DNA of 64,000 bases, from NCBI GenBank assembly GCA_965240325.2, contig OZ251226.1:3100001-3164000 (forward strand). The letters are read 5' to 3'. Below, piece by piece: positions 33,801-44,536 of the stretch (positions are counted from its first letter, which is position 1; each line of letters opens with the position of its first letter). Under the pieces are notes generated by a model. The model searched no databases, had not been told where the DNA came from, and saw only the letters and a program-made list of their open reading frames with translations. The translations under genes and the position numbers were made by a program. Source of the DNA: Rebecca billardiae RCC1528 (lineage: Eukaryota; Protista; Haptophyta).

Positions 33801-34342
33801 CGTGGCGACAGCGCCTGCTGCGAGGGCGTCGCCGGCACAGCGCTCGTGCCGCGCAGCACGCGCGGCGGCGCCGCGCTCGCACCGTCGTGCGCGGCGCGGG
33901 CGGCAGCGGCGTGCGGGCCGAGCACGCGATGGTGCGCGCCTGACCGGTCCAACGACGCGCTCCGCACCCGCCTCGGCGCTTGCGTGCCGCGCAGGCCGCC
34001 GCCGTGCGCTGACACGCCATCGTCAGCGGTGCCGGGCTTGCCGGGCGGCGCGCTCGGCACCATGGCGAGGCCGGAGGCGGAGAGGGTCGGCGCGAAGGCT
34101 TGCCGCGGCGTGGAAGGTGGCGACACCGTCGTCGCCCAGCGCTCGAGCGGGCGCCGCCCCGGCGCCTTGGCGCCCGGCGCCCCCACGAGCGCGCCCGAGG
34201 GCAGCCGGCGCATATCAGACGTTCGGTCGGCGGCGATGGCCGCACGCGGCGGGCCGAGCTGGCGTAGGCCGCCCATGTCGGCGCTCGTGCGCCGTCGGGG
34301 CTCGAGCCACCTCACGGGCGGCGCCGTCGAGCTGCCGAGCAT
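30812..34342 (-). CDS. SANBR: SANT and BTB domain protein (KIAA1841/SANBR, DUF3342 family)
   Basis: IRVCDE....RDFSC...LL..HMRYF, LDISVHCDV.VFEWLM.YV, NCVSILISSEFLQM, DRKDKLASRLY, VYWRLWG, C-terminal KLDSQRSEDGRR. Introns 32770-32891 and 32375-32504. Poly-Q/PQQ tracts. Start uncertain. Confidence 0.85.
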   Translation of the reverse strand: MLGSSTAPPVRWLEPRRRTSADMGGLRQLGPPRAAIAADRTSDMRRLPSGALVGAPGAKAPGRRPLERWATTVSPPSTPRQAFAPTLSASGLAMVPSAPPGKPGTADDGVSAHGGGLRGTQAPRRVRSASLDRSGAHHRVLGPHAAAARAAHDGASAAPPRVLRGTSAVPATPSQQALSPRSRGLAPLGGGAGERGDDDAAARAPGTRPASAHRTPPNTARSADGLGGARAGGGGAGADALRELGGATSVRGQAQAQGSAGVAGRPPPPPKRQGSGALVPHPRAREAEAAAAAAAGADARAAAQPQPAAQPQQPQQPQQPQQPQQPQQPQQPGGGDAAAAAAAQAASPPSRDEMQITIRVCDEPRAVERDFSCGLGLLLRHMRYFEAYLRHVSDAAELDISVHCDVVVFEWLMAYVHAAGYADGPAPLSPALDVGNCVSILISSEFLQMAPLVAQCEAFLAAHAPQIVKLPLELSCISDAAVQRCARARARARPSARTPRHALSAVPAPLSARPRLALSLLARAACLRTSARRCSRRSTTARTSSPRGCTRRASRGCSTSSARGSSAARTARGCCPPRSCAPSSARARRWPLATGARSTRCTRRTARGMRARGYARAGARRARSCAPRGAPRAARARLRSPPAALARRSAPPRAAQARGLREPPESLSARAVYWRLWGLCHTLECARCGVTFPAASLAHCMHHPGSKGVDGLFSCCGAPAHGFSALGGAPRGCCARDHLVRLGAEGAEEGAPGAERAPPGGSDAAVLAAAEAARLTLSLRDLVCLPAVGRSEGPASAPRTHEQLECAAVERMRHALQAQAVEHRPPILAHSPEPPPPPAAAPRAGATRPASGAPRAPSAAGAARAGLGPPQRVPSAPPGGRARAPPAGRAQQRRARQRSTHGGALLADDDGGESDGESDAQLSQQHTQQQPQHTQQQPQQQQQQQQQPHDDDDRLSVGSASSDDSDAPREADAPARRRRSAVGARGARPLPAPPPAAAGLGVAGSKEQRSAARPRRRVGSATAARDTPALSPRRARELKLDSQRSEDGRRVEWLMRALEARRAPPGRDAERPEERGSGGGGGGEKARAQPSRPASAAVVPSAALQSREEAEWHAPRPTFLRASTIMHVSRTAHSAHGGIVMARPTLPPSSGAAKQRERSASMGGGSSGVSAAPNGG

Positions 34343-34754
34343 GCCGCTGCAGCCCACCAGCTCGCGCTGACGAGCAAGGCGGGCAAGCAGTTCTCGCTGC
34401 TGACCGCCAGCCGAGCAAGTCGGTAAGTCGATGGATGTCTTGGTCTCCCCTCCCCGCTCGTGGGCTTCTTAAGGAGGTCTCCCGCGATGGGCTGTCATAG
34501 GCACCCACGTGGGTACTACAGTAGATCCCGACTGTACAGTAATGTATACTCTTGAACTCTCCAACTCTCTCTATCTAGATATGATAGTAGCCTTAGTAGG
34601 CCCTAGATCGTATGACGATGGTGTCAATATGACAGAATAGTAGCGCGCAGTTTTTCGTCATATTAGAATGTTGGTGTTACTACCGGTGTGCGGCAGAGTG
34701 CGGGCCGCCCGCGGGCCGCGGCCCAACATTTTCGTCGGATATCGGCGGACAACG

Positions 34755-36224
34755 ATGGCGTCGGAGAGCTGCATATTCGGCAGCAGCAGGCGCTCGTTGA
34801 TACGCACGCTGCTGATACGCGCGCGCACGCGTCCTCGCCTGAGCCTTGCCATGGTGCTGCTCGTGGGGCTAGCCGCCGTGCCCTTCCTCGGCGGGCGCGG
34901 CCGCGGGCGAGTGCTCCCCGTCAGCGGAGATGAGCCGTGGCTTGCGAGGCTGCGCGGCGCGCGCGAGCGCGAGGCGGGCGCGGGGAGCTCGGGCACGATC
35001 ACCGTCGTGATCCCGTGCTTCAAGCAGGGCCCGTTCATTCGCGACACCCTCATCTCCGTCGCGGAGCAGGCGTACCCCGCCGCGAGCATCGTCGTCGTCG
35101 ACGACGCCTCGCCCGACGGCTGCGCCGACATCGCGCGAGAGACGCTGCTGGGCGAGCTCAGCGAGCGGCGGCGAGCGCAGCGCGCAGCGCTAGGCCGGTG
35201 GCTTGGCCTCGCGCCCGACGAGCTGCGCGCGCTGCGCGACGAGGTGCTCACCACGCCGGCGCCCTCGCGCGGCGTCGCCGCCGCGCGCAACCGCGCGCTC
35301 GGCGCGGCGTCGACCGAGTGGGTGTGCTGCCTGGACGGCGACGACCTCCTCGCGCCCGAGTACTTCGCGGAGGCGATGCGCGCGGTGGCGGGCGCGCCCG
35401 AGCTCAACCTGGTGTACGCGAACCAGCAGTTCTTCGGCGAGTCGCGCTGGCGCTGGGACGTGCCGGAGTGGTCGCCGCAGGCGGCGGTCGCGTCCGGCCC
35501 GCTGCCGGTGATGACGGTGTTCCGCCGCTCGCTCTGGGCGGCCACGCCGCACGGCTTCGACGAGGCGCTGCCCAAGGGGCACGAGGACTGGTCGCTGTGG
35601 CTGCAGTTCGCGCGGCTACCCGTGCGCGCGCACAAGCTGGGCGGCTGGCTGCTCCTCTACCGCTACCGCGCCTCGTCGAAGAAGCGCACGCGCGAGGCGC
35701 TGCACCCGGAGGTGCCGCGGCTGCTGCGCTGCCTCTACCCCGACCTGTACCCGCGCCGCGCGCTGCTCGACGACCACGCGGCGCTGGCGGCGGGCGGGCT
35801 GTCGGAGGGGGTGCTCGACGACGTGCGCAGGCTCCGCGCGCGGCTGCCCGCGCGAGCCGTGCTGCCGCTCTGGCTCGGCATGCACGCCGAGCACGAGGGG
35901 CGGCTGCGCGATGCGGCGAAAGAGTACGCGGACGCCGACGGTCTGCGCGAGGAGCACGACTGGCAGCCCGCGCTGCGGCTCGCGTGCGTCGGGAGCCGGC
36001 TGGGGGACCACGCGCTCGCGCAGCGCGCGTGCGCGCAGCTCCTGCGGCTATGGGGCGCGCAGCAGGCGCGCTGGTACCTTCAGCAGGGCGAGCCCGCCGA
36101 GCGGTGCTGTGCGCTGCCGCCGAGCGACGGCGGCGCGCCCGGCGCGATGGCCGTTGCGGCCACAATAGGCATGGACAGCGACGGTCACTCGTCTGATGGC
36201 CCACTGGCCACTCCCAGGCGCTAA
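34755..36224 (+). CDS. Glycosyltransferase family 2, type II membrane, with TPR-like tail
   Basis: TM segment, then ITVVIPCFKQG.FI.DTL.SV..Q, IVVVDDASPD, GVAAARN, LDGDD (DxD), HEDWSLWL, YR. Confidence 0.9.
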   Translation: MASESCIFGSSRRSLIRTLLIRARTRPRLSLAMVLLVGLAAVPFLGGRGRGRVLPVSGDEPWLARLRGAREREAGAGSSGTITVVIPCFKQGPFIRDTLISVAEQAYPAASIVVVDDASPDGCADIARETLLGELSERRRAQRAALGRWLGLAPDELRALRDEVLTTPAPSRGVAAARNRALGAASTEWVCCLDGDDLLAPEYFAEAMRAVAGAPELNLVYANQQFFGESRWRWDVPEWSPQAAVASGPLPVMTVFRRSLWAATPHGFDEALPKGHEDWSLWLQFARLPVRAHKLGGWLLLYRYRASSKKRTREALHPEVPRLLRCLYPDLYPRRALLDDHAALAAGGLSEGVLDDVRRLRARLPARAVLPLWLGMHAEHEGRLRDAAKEYADADGLREEHDWQPALRLACVGSRLGDHALAQRACAQLLRLWGAQQARWYLQQGEPAERCCALPPSDGGAPGAMAVAATIGMDSDGHSSDGPLATPRR

Positions 36225-36657
36225 CTGATGATGAACAGCGGCGATGTTTATATCGTCATAAGCTACGCGCTAGTGCGTGCTATAGCTAGTACTGTACATG
36301 ATGATGCAGCCTTCCTTGGGTCACGAGGTCTGATGTCTGAGTCCGAGCAGGTCCGTCCGGTGGCATCGCGATTGTCGTCGACGGACATGCCGCCGCGCCC
36401 GCGATGAAGGTTATTCCGTGCCGCCATGTGTGATGATGATGACGGCGCGCCTGGCAGGCCCCCCAGAACGTCAGTGAGCGCAGCTGTGATGAGTGATGGA
36501 TGAGGCCTTGGGCAGTTTGAGCCTGAAGCCGCCGGGCTGCGTGCGCGGCACTCGGGGACGGGTTCGCGCGTGAATCTATCTAGTGATGAATGCTATCGTT
36601 GTCAAAGTCCGACGAGAGCACGTCACGACGGCTGCACCACGAGCGCAACGCCTGGCC

Positions 36658-38419
36658 TCATTCAGGCAGCACCTTGTACGGGTTGAGGATGCCATTCGGG
36701 TCAAGCGTGCGCTTGAGCGTCTTCATCAGGCTGATAGACGCGTCCGACTTGGAGTAGGCCAGGTGCTTGGCCTTCATCACGCCCAGGCCGTGCTCCGCCG
36801 AGATGGAGCCGCGCTTCTCGCGCGTCCACTCATACACCCACGGCTCGATCAGCTCGAGCATCTTCGCCGACTTCTCCGGCGTCGAGATGTTGAGGTGCAG
36901 GTTGCCGTCGCCGAGGTGGCCGAACGCGACGACGGTGGCTGCGTGCCGCGGTGCGCGCGGTGCGCGCGGCGGCCACGCAGGTGCGCGCGGGCCAGTGAGC
37001 TCGACGGCCACTGGTGCGTCACGCGCGCACGGGCACGGGGGCGCACGCGAGCGCGCGCGCGCGTGGACGCGCTCACCGCCGTGCGGCTCAAGCCGCGCGC
37101 GCGCGTCCTCGACGAGCTCGTACAGATGCGGCAGCGGCAGCGAGATGTCGTACTTGTACACCGCGCCCGCCTTGGAGAGCGCCTCGGTGATGCCCTCGCG
37201 GATGTGCCAGACGCCTGCGCGCCAGCGCGCCCGATCCGCGCGCGCCGTGGCCCGTGTCAGCCGCAGCGCGCCAGCCGCAGCGCGCCAGCTGCAGCGCGCC
37301 GAGGGCGCGCGCGTGGGGGAGCACGGCGGCAGCGCGCGCTCCCCGCAGCCGCGCACCTGCCATCTGCGTCGAGTCCGCCGCGAGCGTGCCGTCGAGCACC
37401 ATGCCCCCCTCCATCGTGGTCGTGAGGAAGGCGTCGAGCTTCTCCGTGTCGTGCTCCTCGTTGGAGCCGCTCACCTCGACCAGCATGTAGAAGGGCGCGC
37501 GCGTCTCGAGCGGGTTGCGCGCGCCGTGCAGGTGCTCGAGGGTGATCTCGAGGGCCTGGTCGTCGAGGAACTCCACGGCGGAGAGCACCTCCCCCAGCTG
37601 CGAGCGCGCCTGGCCGAAGACCGAGAGCAGGTGGTCGTAGTTGTCGATGGCGAGATACGCGAGCTGCACGGAGGAGGGCAGCTTGGGCAAGGCGAGGGCC
37701 ACGCCGGTCACGACGCCGAGCGTGCCCTCGGAGCCGATGAAGAGCTGCTTCAGGTCGTACCCCGTGTTGTCCTTGCGCAGCGTGTTCAGGTTGTCGATCA
37801 CCGTGCCGTCCGCCAGCACCGCCTCGACGCCCAGCACTGTGCCGTGCAGTGAGCCGTACCGCAGGTAGCGCAGACCGCCCGCATTCGTCGCGAGGTTGCC
37901 GCCGATCTGGCACGAGCCCTTCGCGCCGAGGTCGAGCGGCACGGTGTAGCCGTGCTCCTCCGCCTTCTCCTGGATCGACTGCAACACCGCGCCGCCCTGG
38001 CACACCACCGAGCCCGAGAACTCGTCAAAGGCGAGGATCTTGTCCATGCTGCTCAGGCTGAGCACCACCTCGTCGTGCACGGGCACGCTGCCGCCTACCA
38101 GGCCGGTGTTGCCGCCCTGCGGCACGATGGGGATGCGCCGCTCGTTGCAGTGCGCCAGCACCTTGGACACCTGCTCCGTCGTCTTTGGTCGCAGCGCCAG
38201 CTTGGAGGCGCCCCGGTACTTTTGCATCCAGTCGACGTTGTACTGCTCGAGCGCCTCGGAGTCGACGATCACGCCGGACTCGCCGAGCACCGAACGGAAG
38301 AAGGCGATGTCGTCGCTCTCCACCCTGTTGAACGCCGGCGCGGAGCTCAGCGCCCGCCGCGCACCCACCGTCGCTAGCCCCCTGCGCAGCGCCGAGCAGC
38401 GCGCCATCGTCAAAAGCAT
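36658..38419 (-). CDS. D2HGDH: D-2-hydroxyglutarate dehydrogenase, mitochondrial
   Basis: [104 protein letters not shown]. Introns 37215-37356 and 36939-37076. Confidence 0.95.
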
Positions 38420-38527
38420 GGCCGGAAAGCGCACGTCTGGGGGTATCAAGGCCGGAATCCGGGGATGCACGTCGACACTTCTAACCAACGCCCGGGGCGG
38501 GCGGCCGTGAGTCCGCGACGCTGTACG

Positions 38528-38815
38528 ATGGTTCCCAACGACGGGGAGATCATCTGCGCCCAACTATCCGAGAGCACAACGACGAGCTGCGCTGTCTGGT
38601 ACAGCTCTATGAGCCAGTGGACGCCCATCACGAAGCACGAGCCTGGTGTCCGCTACCACTTTGACGAGGGCAGCTGCATCACGGTAGTTCAAGACCTATC
38701 CGCGGGCGTGTTGCGCGTGAGACATTGCCAGCCATCAGACTTGATCCCACCGCTCTGGCCGTCGGACTTGATGCTTTCGCCGGCCGTGTCCTCGACCGAA
38801 TACGGCACGCTCTGA
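38528..38815 (+). CDS. Possible small hypothetical protein (95 aa) divergent from D2HGDH
   Basis: ATG-initiated ORF with host-like GC3 codons, in the usual head-to-head position; no recognisable motif. Confidence 0.35.
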   Translation: MVPNDGEIICAQLSESTTTSCAVWYSSMSQWTPITKHEPGVRYHFDEGSCITVVQDLSAGVLRVRHCQPSDLIPPLWPSDLMLSPAVSSTEYGTL

Positions 38816-39127
38816 CCAAGAGACCCACGCCCGGACCGCTCCAGTCAATAGGCAGAGAGCACCGCCTGCGACCGCTCCAGGCCGGCCGCGACGGCGGACC
38901 GGGCTCAGACCGTCTGATGACATTCTTTTACTACGCAGCGTAGTTTATCAGGCTACGTTGTCGTACGCAGGGCGGGGCTACGCCCGCGGCTAGAAGTAAT
39001 GACTACTACTATGGGGGTATTTGCTGTCGTATAAGTAGTCATCAAAAAGCACACGCGCGGCGGGCCGGCGGGCGCCGGCGGACGACGATCACGGCCGCGG
39101 CGCGCGCGACGGCGAGACGCACGCGGC

Positions 39128-40597
39128 TTATCTGGAGTCCAGCCGGCCCAATCGACGCGGGACGCGGTTCACGACGCAGTAGTGGAAGTTCGAGTTGGCC
39201 GCGGTCGACGAAATCCGCTTGGGCGGCCGCCGCGGGACGACGTCGCCGAGCACATCGCCCAGCGAGGGGTCGCCGCGCATCGCGTCCGCGCGGGCCGCGT
39301 CCTGCATGCGCATGATCACCCATGGCGTGGCCGGCCAGCTGACTGGCCCGGTGCCGCCGCACGTGATGGCGACGCCGTGCGTCGCGGAGGCGCACGTCTG
39401 CACCGCGAGCAGGGGCATGCCGAGATCGCTCACCTCCTGCCACTCGCGCGCGCACACGTCGAACGCGCGCACGTTGTCGAGCACCCACGGCCTGCGCTTG
39501 AGCGCGCCGTCCGCGCCGCGCGTGGTGTTGCTATAGTGCACGCCGCCAAAGTTGAGCAGGTACCGGCCGCCGGCCGCGCTGACGAGCCCGGAGGCGTCCC
39601 GCGCGCTCCGGGTCCTGTCCGCGCCGCCCGCGGAGACGGGTGCGGCGTACGTGTACCATTTGCGTGGCGCACGCGCGCCGTCCGCGGGCTCCCAGAGGTC
39701 GTGCGCGAGCACCTCCGAGCGGTAGTTGGCGTAGTGGTCCACGCGGTAGTTCAGCAGGAGCACGCGCGCTGACTCGCCCGCGCCGCACATGCCCGCGCGC
39801 ACGTACGCCGCGTTGGCGTGGTCGAGCCCGCGCGGCAGCTGCGCAAACGGCGAGTGCCACCGCCGCCGCCGCCGGTCGTAGCAGTGCGCTGTGTCGATGA
39901 ACGTGCCCGCCGAGTGCGAGCCCTCGGTGCCGCCGAAGGAGCAGATATGCGGCGGCGCGTCCGCGCCGTCCAGGTGCAGCGCGAGCGCGGCGCACGCGCC
40001 GCCCGCTCGGGGCAGCTTGGGGCCCAGCCGCACCTGGAAGGAGCGCAGGTCGACGATGCGTGCGTACTGCGAGGCGATCTCGTCGTTGACGCGGTCGCCG
40101 TGGAAGCCGCAGATCAGCCAGAGCTCGTCGCCGGCGCCGTTGAGCGCGCGCGCGCGCACGCCGTACACGTGGTTCAGGTCGTTCAGTGGCCAGCCTGCCG
40201 GGTCGACGCCGTCCACCGGGTAGCGCGCCCCGCGGCCGGTGCGCAGGTCGAGCACCTCGACCGAGCGGCCGTACCGACCGAGCACGTTGACGAGGAGGCG
40301 CTCGCCGAGGAGGCGGCAGTCGTGGTTGCGCCGCGGCTCGAGCAGCGGCGAGCGCAGCGCCCATGCCTTCAGCGGGTGCCGCAGGCCGAGCGTCGAGCAC
40401 GGCGAGACCAGCTTCGGCGGCGGGATGCGCAGCATCAGCTCGGGCCAGCGCAGCCTGTCGACGTCGACCTCGTACCCGGAGCGGAAGAGCTCCCACGAGC
40501 TATTGCACCCGGGCTGCGGGAACGGCGACGCCGGGGAGGCTTGGGGGACCGCGGCCGCCCCGCCACCCATCCACGCGACGAGGAGCACCGCCGCCAT
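39128..40597 (-). CDS. Secreted Kelch/beta-propeller protein
   Basis: Signal peptide; Kelch-like blades (ICSFGGTEG...CYD....W, LLNFGG...FDVC.REW). Confidence 0.75.
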   Translation of the reverse strand: MAAVLLVAWMGGGAAAVPQASPASPFPQPGCNSSWELFRSGYEVDVDRLRWPELMLRIPPPKLVSPCSTLGLRHPLKAWALRSPLLEPRRNHDCRLLGERLLVNVLGRYGRSVEVLDLRTGRGARYPVDGVDPAGWPLNDLNHVYGVRARALNGAGDELWLICGFHGDRVNDEIASQYARIVDLRSFQVRLGPKLPRAGGACAALALHLDGADAPPHICSFGGTEGSHSAGTFIDTAHCYDRRRRRWHSPFAQLPRGLDHANAAYVRAGMCGAGESARVLLLNYRVDHYANYRSEVLAHDLWEPADGARAPRKWYTYAAPVSAGGADRTRSARDASGLVSAAGGRYLLNFGGVHYSNTTRGADGALKRRPWVLDNVRAFDVCAREWQEVSDLGMPLLAVQTCASATHGVAITCGGTGPVSWPATPWVIMRMQDAARADAMRGDPSLGDVLGDVVPRRPPKRISSTAANSNFHYCVVNRVPRRLGRLDSR

Positions 40598-41721
40598 CGC
40601 GAAAAGATTTGATGGACCTTAACGTGCACACTTGGTTTTAATGGCGGCCCTCGGACGTGGGTGATGCACGCCCCGAGCGCAAGCGCGGAGCCGCCGCTCG
40701 CGCTCGCGCTCCTGTCGAGCGCGGCCACGCTAGTCTGCGCTCTGCCCGTCGAGGACGCCGCGCCGTGCACGCCGCGGGCGCGCTTCGAGCCTCGAGCGGG
40801 GAGGCTGAGGCTCATGGGCGCGGTGGGCACGGCGCTCTTGCGCTAGCTGTTGCGCCGTGCGTCCGTGCAGGTGGGGCAGCCCGTGGCGATGCAGTTCATC
40901 GGCGACGCGGTGCTCGCGTGCCTTGCCGGCCTTGAGTGCGTGCTGCTCGCGCGCGCGTGCGAGCGCGGCGGGCACCGGAGGCGGAGTGCCTGGGCGGCGA
41001 TCGCGCTGAGGCGCTCGGGGGCGCGTACACCGAGTGCTGGACTCTCAGTGGTCGGCATGGCTGGCGGCTGGACCTCGCGCGGCCGCGAGTCGGGCCGGGG
41101 CGCGCGCGCGGCGGGCGCCGTGTCGGCCGCGCCGCAGCTCGGCGCGGCGCGCGCCGGCCGCGGTGCTGCGCGCGTCAGTGTGGTGTGGCGCGGCGTAACC
41201 ACGCCCGCTCCCCACCAATCTTCGGCGATGTCCATGATGATGCTGCCAGTTGAATTCGCCGACGACAACTCACAGCCGTAATGATGATCGACGGTGCCGA
41301 GATTGCTATTGAATCGTATATACCAGCAGGAAGCAGGCCTTCAGTGTCACTTCAGCGCCTCGGCGGACCTCCCAGGAGACGGAGTCCAGGCAGGAGTCCA
41401 GGCCGCAGCCGCCCGAGCCGTCGGACTCACTCGGGTGACTCGGGTCACTCGGAAGGCGGCCGCCTGGTTGCGCATCGTCACTAAATCCAGACTCTCCGAC
41501 GATGACGAACGTCTCTCTGCAGAGTCTCTCTGCCCAGACGAGTCAGTTCTTTCAATAACGTAGTGCAAATTGTGCTATGGAGTGTGGATCGACTGCGCGA
41601 CTATAATAATATAACGACTGGCTAGCTGGGGGCTGCCGGCAGGCCGCGCCGCCCGCTGCTCCGGAGTCAGGCCGTCGATGATCGTCACCACCGAAGCGAT
41701 GGTGTCGTCACCGGAGAGAGT

Positions 41722-42206
41722 CTAGCCCGTGAAGAAGATGCAGTCATTTTTCGACGATGTCTGGCTGATGACACCTCCCGACGCCTTAAAGTCCTTCCAC
41801 AGCGCAAAGTGCGGCGTGTTCTTGTGGAAGTCGATGGCGGCCGCATCCACGTACACCTCGTAGAAGCGGAACACGTTGGACTTCTCCTGGTCGCGAAGGA
41901 CATCGAAGCGCAGGCAGCCGCCATTCTCGCGCTCACGAGAGCCCACCGCGTCTTCTTCGATCACCTGCGCGAGCCGCCCTGGGGTGTCAGAAGCGGGGCT
42001 GGACGGCATGCCAACGAGCGTGCGCAGGGCAGGCCGCGTACCTTCAAGAAGTCGTCGAGGCGCGACGGCTCGATCTCGACCTCCACGACGATAGACACCG
42101 GCACCTTGCCGGGTGGTGCTGCCATAGACATGGCGCTGCGGCCCACGCGACTGGCTGGCGACCCGACGGCCGCGAGAGCCGACGCCGCCAAGACGAGCGC
42201 GAGCAT
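41722..42206 (-). CDS. Antibiotic-biosynthesis-monooxygenase (ABM)/LsrG-like protein with bipartite targeting peptide
   Basis: Exons 42206-42042 and 41964-41722. E.GGCLRFDVLRD....F.FYEVY.D..A..FHK.TPHF..W; signal peptide plus Ser/Arg-rich transit-like leader. Confidence 0.88.
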
Positions 42207-42328
42207 CGTGAAGACGAAGGACGGCGAACGAGATCTCGCGCCCGGACCAAAAGCCCGGAACTCGGGAAGTCCGGGCTGGCTCCCGGCCAACCGTGCCCGG
42301 CTGGCAGCGTCATCACCGCGCATCGTCG

Positions 42329-43333
42329 ATGCATCGCGGCCCGCTGCTGCTGGCCGCGTCGGTGCTCCTCGCCCGCAGCGACGCTATCGCCATGAGCACG
42401 GTCAAGCTCAATGACGGGGTCTTGCATCCGCAGATTGGCTATGGCACGTACAAGGTCGGTTTCATCCCCGCCTCCGCCTCGGCAGTGGCTGCCGGCGCGC
42501 AGGCGGCGGGCGGGGACGGACCGAGCGCAGCCGACTGTGTGCGCGCTGCGCTTGACGTGGGCTACCGCTTCCTGGATTGCGCCGAGTTCTACGGGAACGA
42601 GGCGGAGGTGGGTGCAGCGATCGCTGCGTCGGGCGTGCCCCGCGACCAGCTCTTCCTGGCCTCCAAGTGCTGGACAACCACGATCTTTGCTGGGCGCGAG
42701 GCGGTGCGCAAGCAGGTGCTCAAGACGCTCGCCGACCTGCGCACAGAGTACATCGACCTGTACTGCATCCACTGGCCAGTGCCGGGCAAGCACGTCGACG
42801 CGTACCTGGAGCTCGAGGCTTGCCAGAAGGAGGGCCTCATCAAGTCGCTCGGCGTCTCCAACTACGCCGTCGAGGACTACCGCGAGCTGATGGAGCGCGC
42901 GAGCGTGAAGCCGACCATCAACCAGATCGAGGTGAACCCGTTCCTCTTCAGGCGGCGCACGCTCGCCTTCTTCGAGGCCGAGGGCGTCAAGATCCAGGCG
43001 TACCGCGCGCTTCGTGACGGCAAGGCGTTCGACGACGCCACCGTGGTCGAGCTCGCGCAGAAGTACGGCCGCACGCCCGCCCAGGTGCTCGGCCGCTTCT
43101 GCGTGCAGCACGGCTTCGTCTACATCCCCAAGAGCACCAAGCTGGAGCGCATGCGCGAGAACGCGGCAGTGCTCGACTTCGAGCTCAGCGCGGAGGATAT
43201 GGCCAAGCTCGAGGGGCTCACGACGCCCGATGCCATCGCCAAGTTCCGTGACCTGTACCGCAAGTGCGTGAATCGGGACACTCCCAACGATGGCAAGCTT
43301 GACGGCGTCAAGATGGAGATCACCGAGGATTGA
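42329..43333 (+). CDS. Aldo-keto reductase
   Basis: GYGTYK, GYRFLDCAEFYGNE, LFLASK, YIDLYCIHWP, GVSNY, NQIEVNP, IPKSTKLERMREN. Hydrophobic leader from ATG 42329 (alternative start 42392). Confidence 0.93.
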   Translation: MHRGPLLLAASVLLARSDAIAMSTVKLNDGVLHPQIGYGTYKVGFIPASASAVAAGAQAAGGDGPSAADCVRAALDVGYRFLDCAEFYGNEAEVGAAIAASGVPRDQLFLASKCWTTTIFAGREAVRKQVLKTLADLRTEYIDLYCIHWPVPGKHVDAYLELEACQKEGLIKSLGVSNYAVEDYRELMERASVKPTINQIEVNPFLFRRRTLAFFEAEGVKIQAYRALRDGKAFDDATVVELAQKYGRTPAQVLGRFCVQHGFVYIPKSTKLERMRENAAVLDFELSAEDMAKLEGLTTPDAIAKFRDLYRKCVNRDTPNDGKLDGVKMEITED

Positions 43334-43591
43334 GACTACTCTAGTGTCAGCACCTCGGATGAGCCTGCGCCGAGTGCGCGGCAGCCCTGCAGACTCGCGC
43401 CGCATCGTCATGCACCTGTGTAGTTTATATAAACGCGTAGTGGTGTCATCACATGTCCGCGAGCATATCGACAGCACTCATATTATATATATATCGTTGG
43501 CGGCGCGCCCGGACAGTTGACAGTGTTGACACAGACAGTCACAGTTGTGGCGGTCCGGGTGATATATGACTCAGATGAGTTGAGCCGTCAA

Positions 43592-44536
43592 TCATGCCTG
43601 CTGATGCGATTCTGACACGCGCTGCCACGGGTGCGTCATGCGCACGGACGGCAAGGCGTTCGTCACACGCGCCGTCGTGACGAAGTACCCCGCCAGGACC
43701 GTCCAGCGCAGCTCCATGTCGAGGGCGTGCAGGGCCGCGCGCACGCTCGGGCTGGCAGCACGCATGCCCCTGTCCTCCCACACGTATGACACGCTCCCAT
43801 CAGCACTGGGTGTGAGGCTGAGGCTGTGCCAGCCGACGTTGCCTAGTTCCAGCTGCGAGAGCGCCTTGTACGCCGCCTCCTTTAGCGAGAAGCGCAGCAG
43901 CACGGGCGCCCGCTCGAGCTCGCCTGCTGCCCTTTCACGGGCGGCTGCCTCCACCTCTCGAGCGGTCAGCACGCGCGAAGCTATGCGCAGCGAGAAGGCG
44001 CGGCGGACGTCCTCGACGTCCAGACCGACTGCACGACCCTGCGTGCCCGAACCAGGTGAGTGCCCGCCGACTGCTTCTGGCGAGCATTCGCCGATCAGCG
44101 CCGCCGCAACGCCGTGTGTGTGGCTGATCGACGCGAGCAGCCCCGCGGGCAGGATGGGTGCCCCATGCCCACTCCGACCGATCGCGTCGCACTCGGGAAG
44201 GCCACGAGCGCGCATCGCCTCGCGTAGCGCAGCCCGCCCTCCACAAAACGTGAGGCTACGCATCTGGGAGCTCATGCTCGCGGCCATCTCCGCCTCGCGA
44301 GGATGCGGCGCCACCATGGCGGTCGCGCTCGGGTCGACATCCGGGTCGAGCCGAAGGCCGACGCACAGGCCGTGCGGCAGCTCGGCCTCGAACAGCCGGG
44401 CGAAGCGCGGCAGCGTTGCAGCACCCGATGCTTGGACTGCGGACGCCGCACGCGTCACGCCTCCGCCTCTGGGTGCCCGTTGCACAGCGCCGAGCGCCAT
44501 GAGTGCGTACATGCTGCGGTGGGCCGCCGGATGCAT
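43592..44536 (-). CDS. 4'-phosphopantetheinyl transferase (EntD/Sfp type)
   Basis: HPRE, F.GGRAALR.A, G.P..P.G..ASISHT, VGLDVE, FSLKEAAYKA. Start uncertain. Confidence 0.88.
   Translation of the reverse strand: MHPAAHRSMYALMALGAVQRAPRGGGVTRAASAVQASGAATLPRFARLFEAELPHGLCVGLRLDPDVDPSATAMVAPHPREAEMAASMSSQMRSLTFCGGRAALREAMRARGLPECDAIGRSGHGAPILPAGLLASISHTHGVAAALIGECSPEAVGGHSPGSGTQGRAVGLDVEDVRRAFSLRIASRVLTAREVEAAARERAAGELERAPVLLRFSLKEAAYKALSQLELGNVGWHSLSLTPSADGSVSYVWEDRGMRAASPSVRAALHALDMELRWTVLAGYFVTTARVTNALPSVRMTHPWQRVSESHQQA

Noticed and set aside
40661-41281. Codon-biased frames on both strands interrupted by TAG at about 40843-40846
   Set aside because: No recognisable domain and strand cannot be decided; possible pseudogene, no evidence for readthrough.
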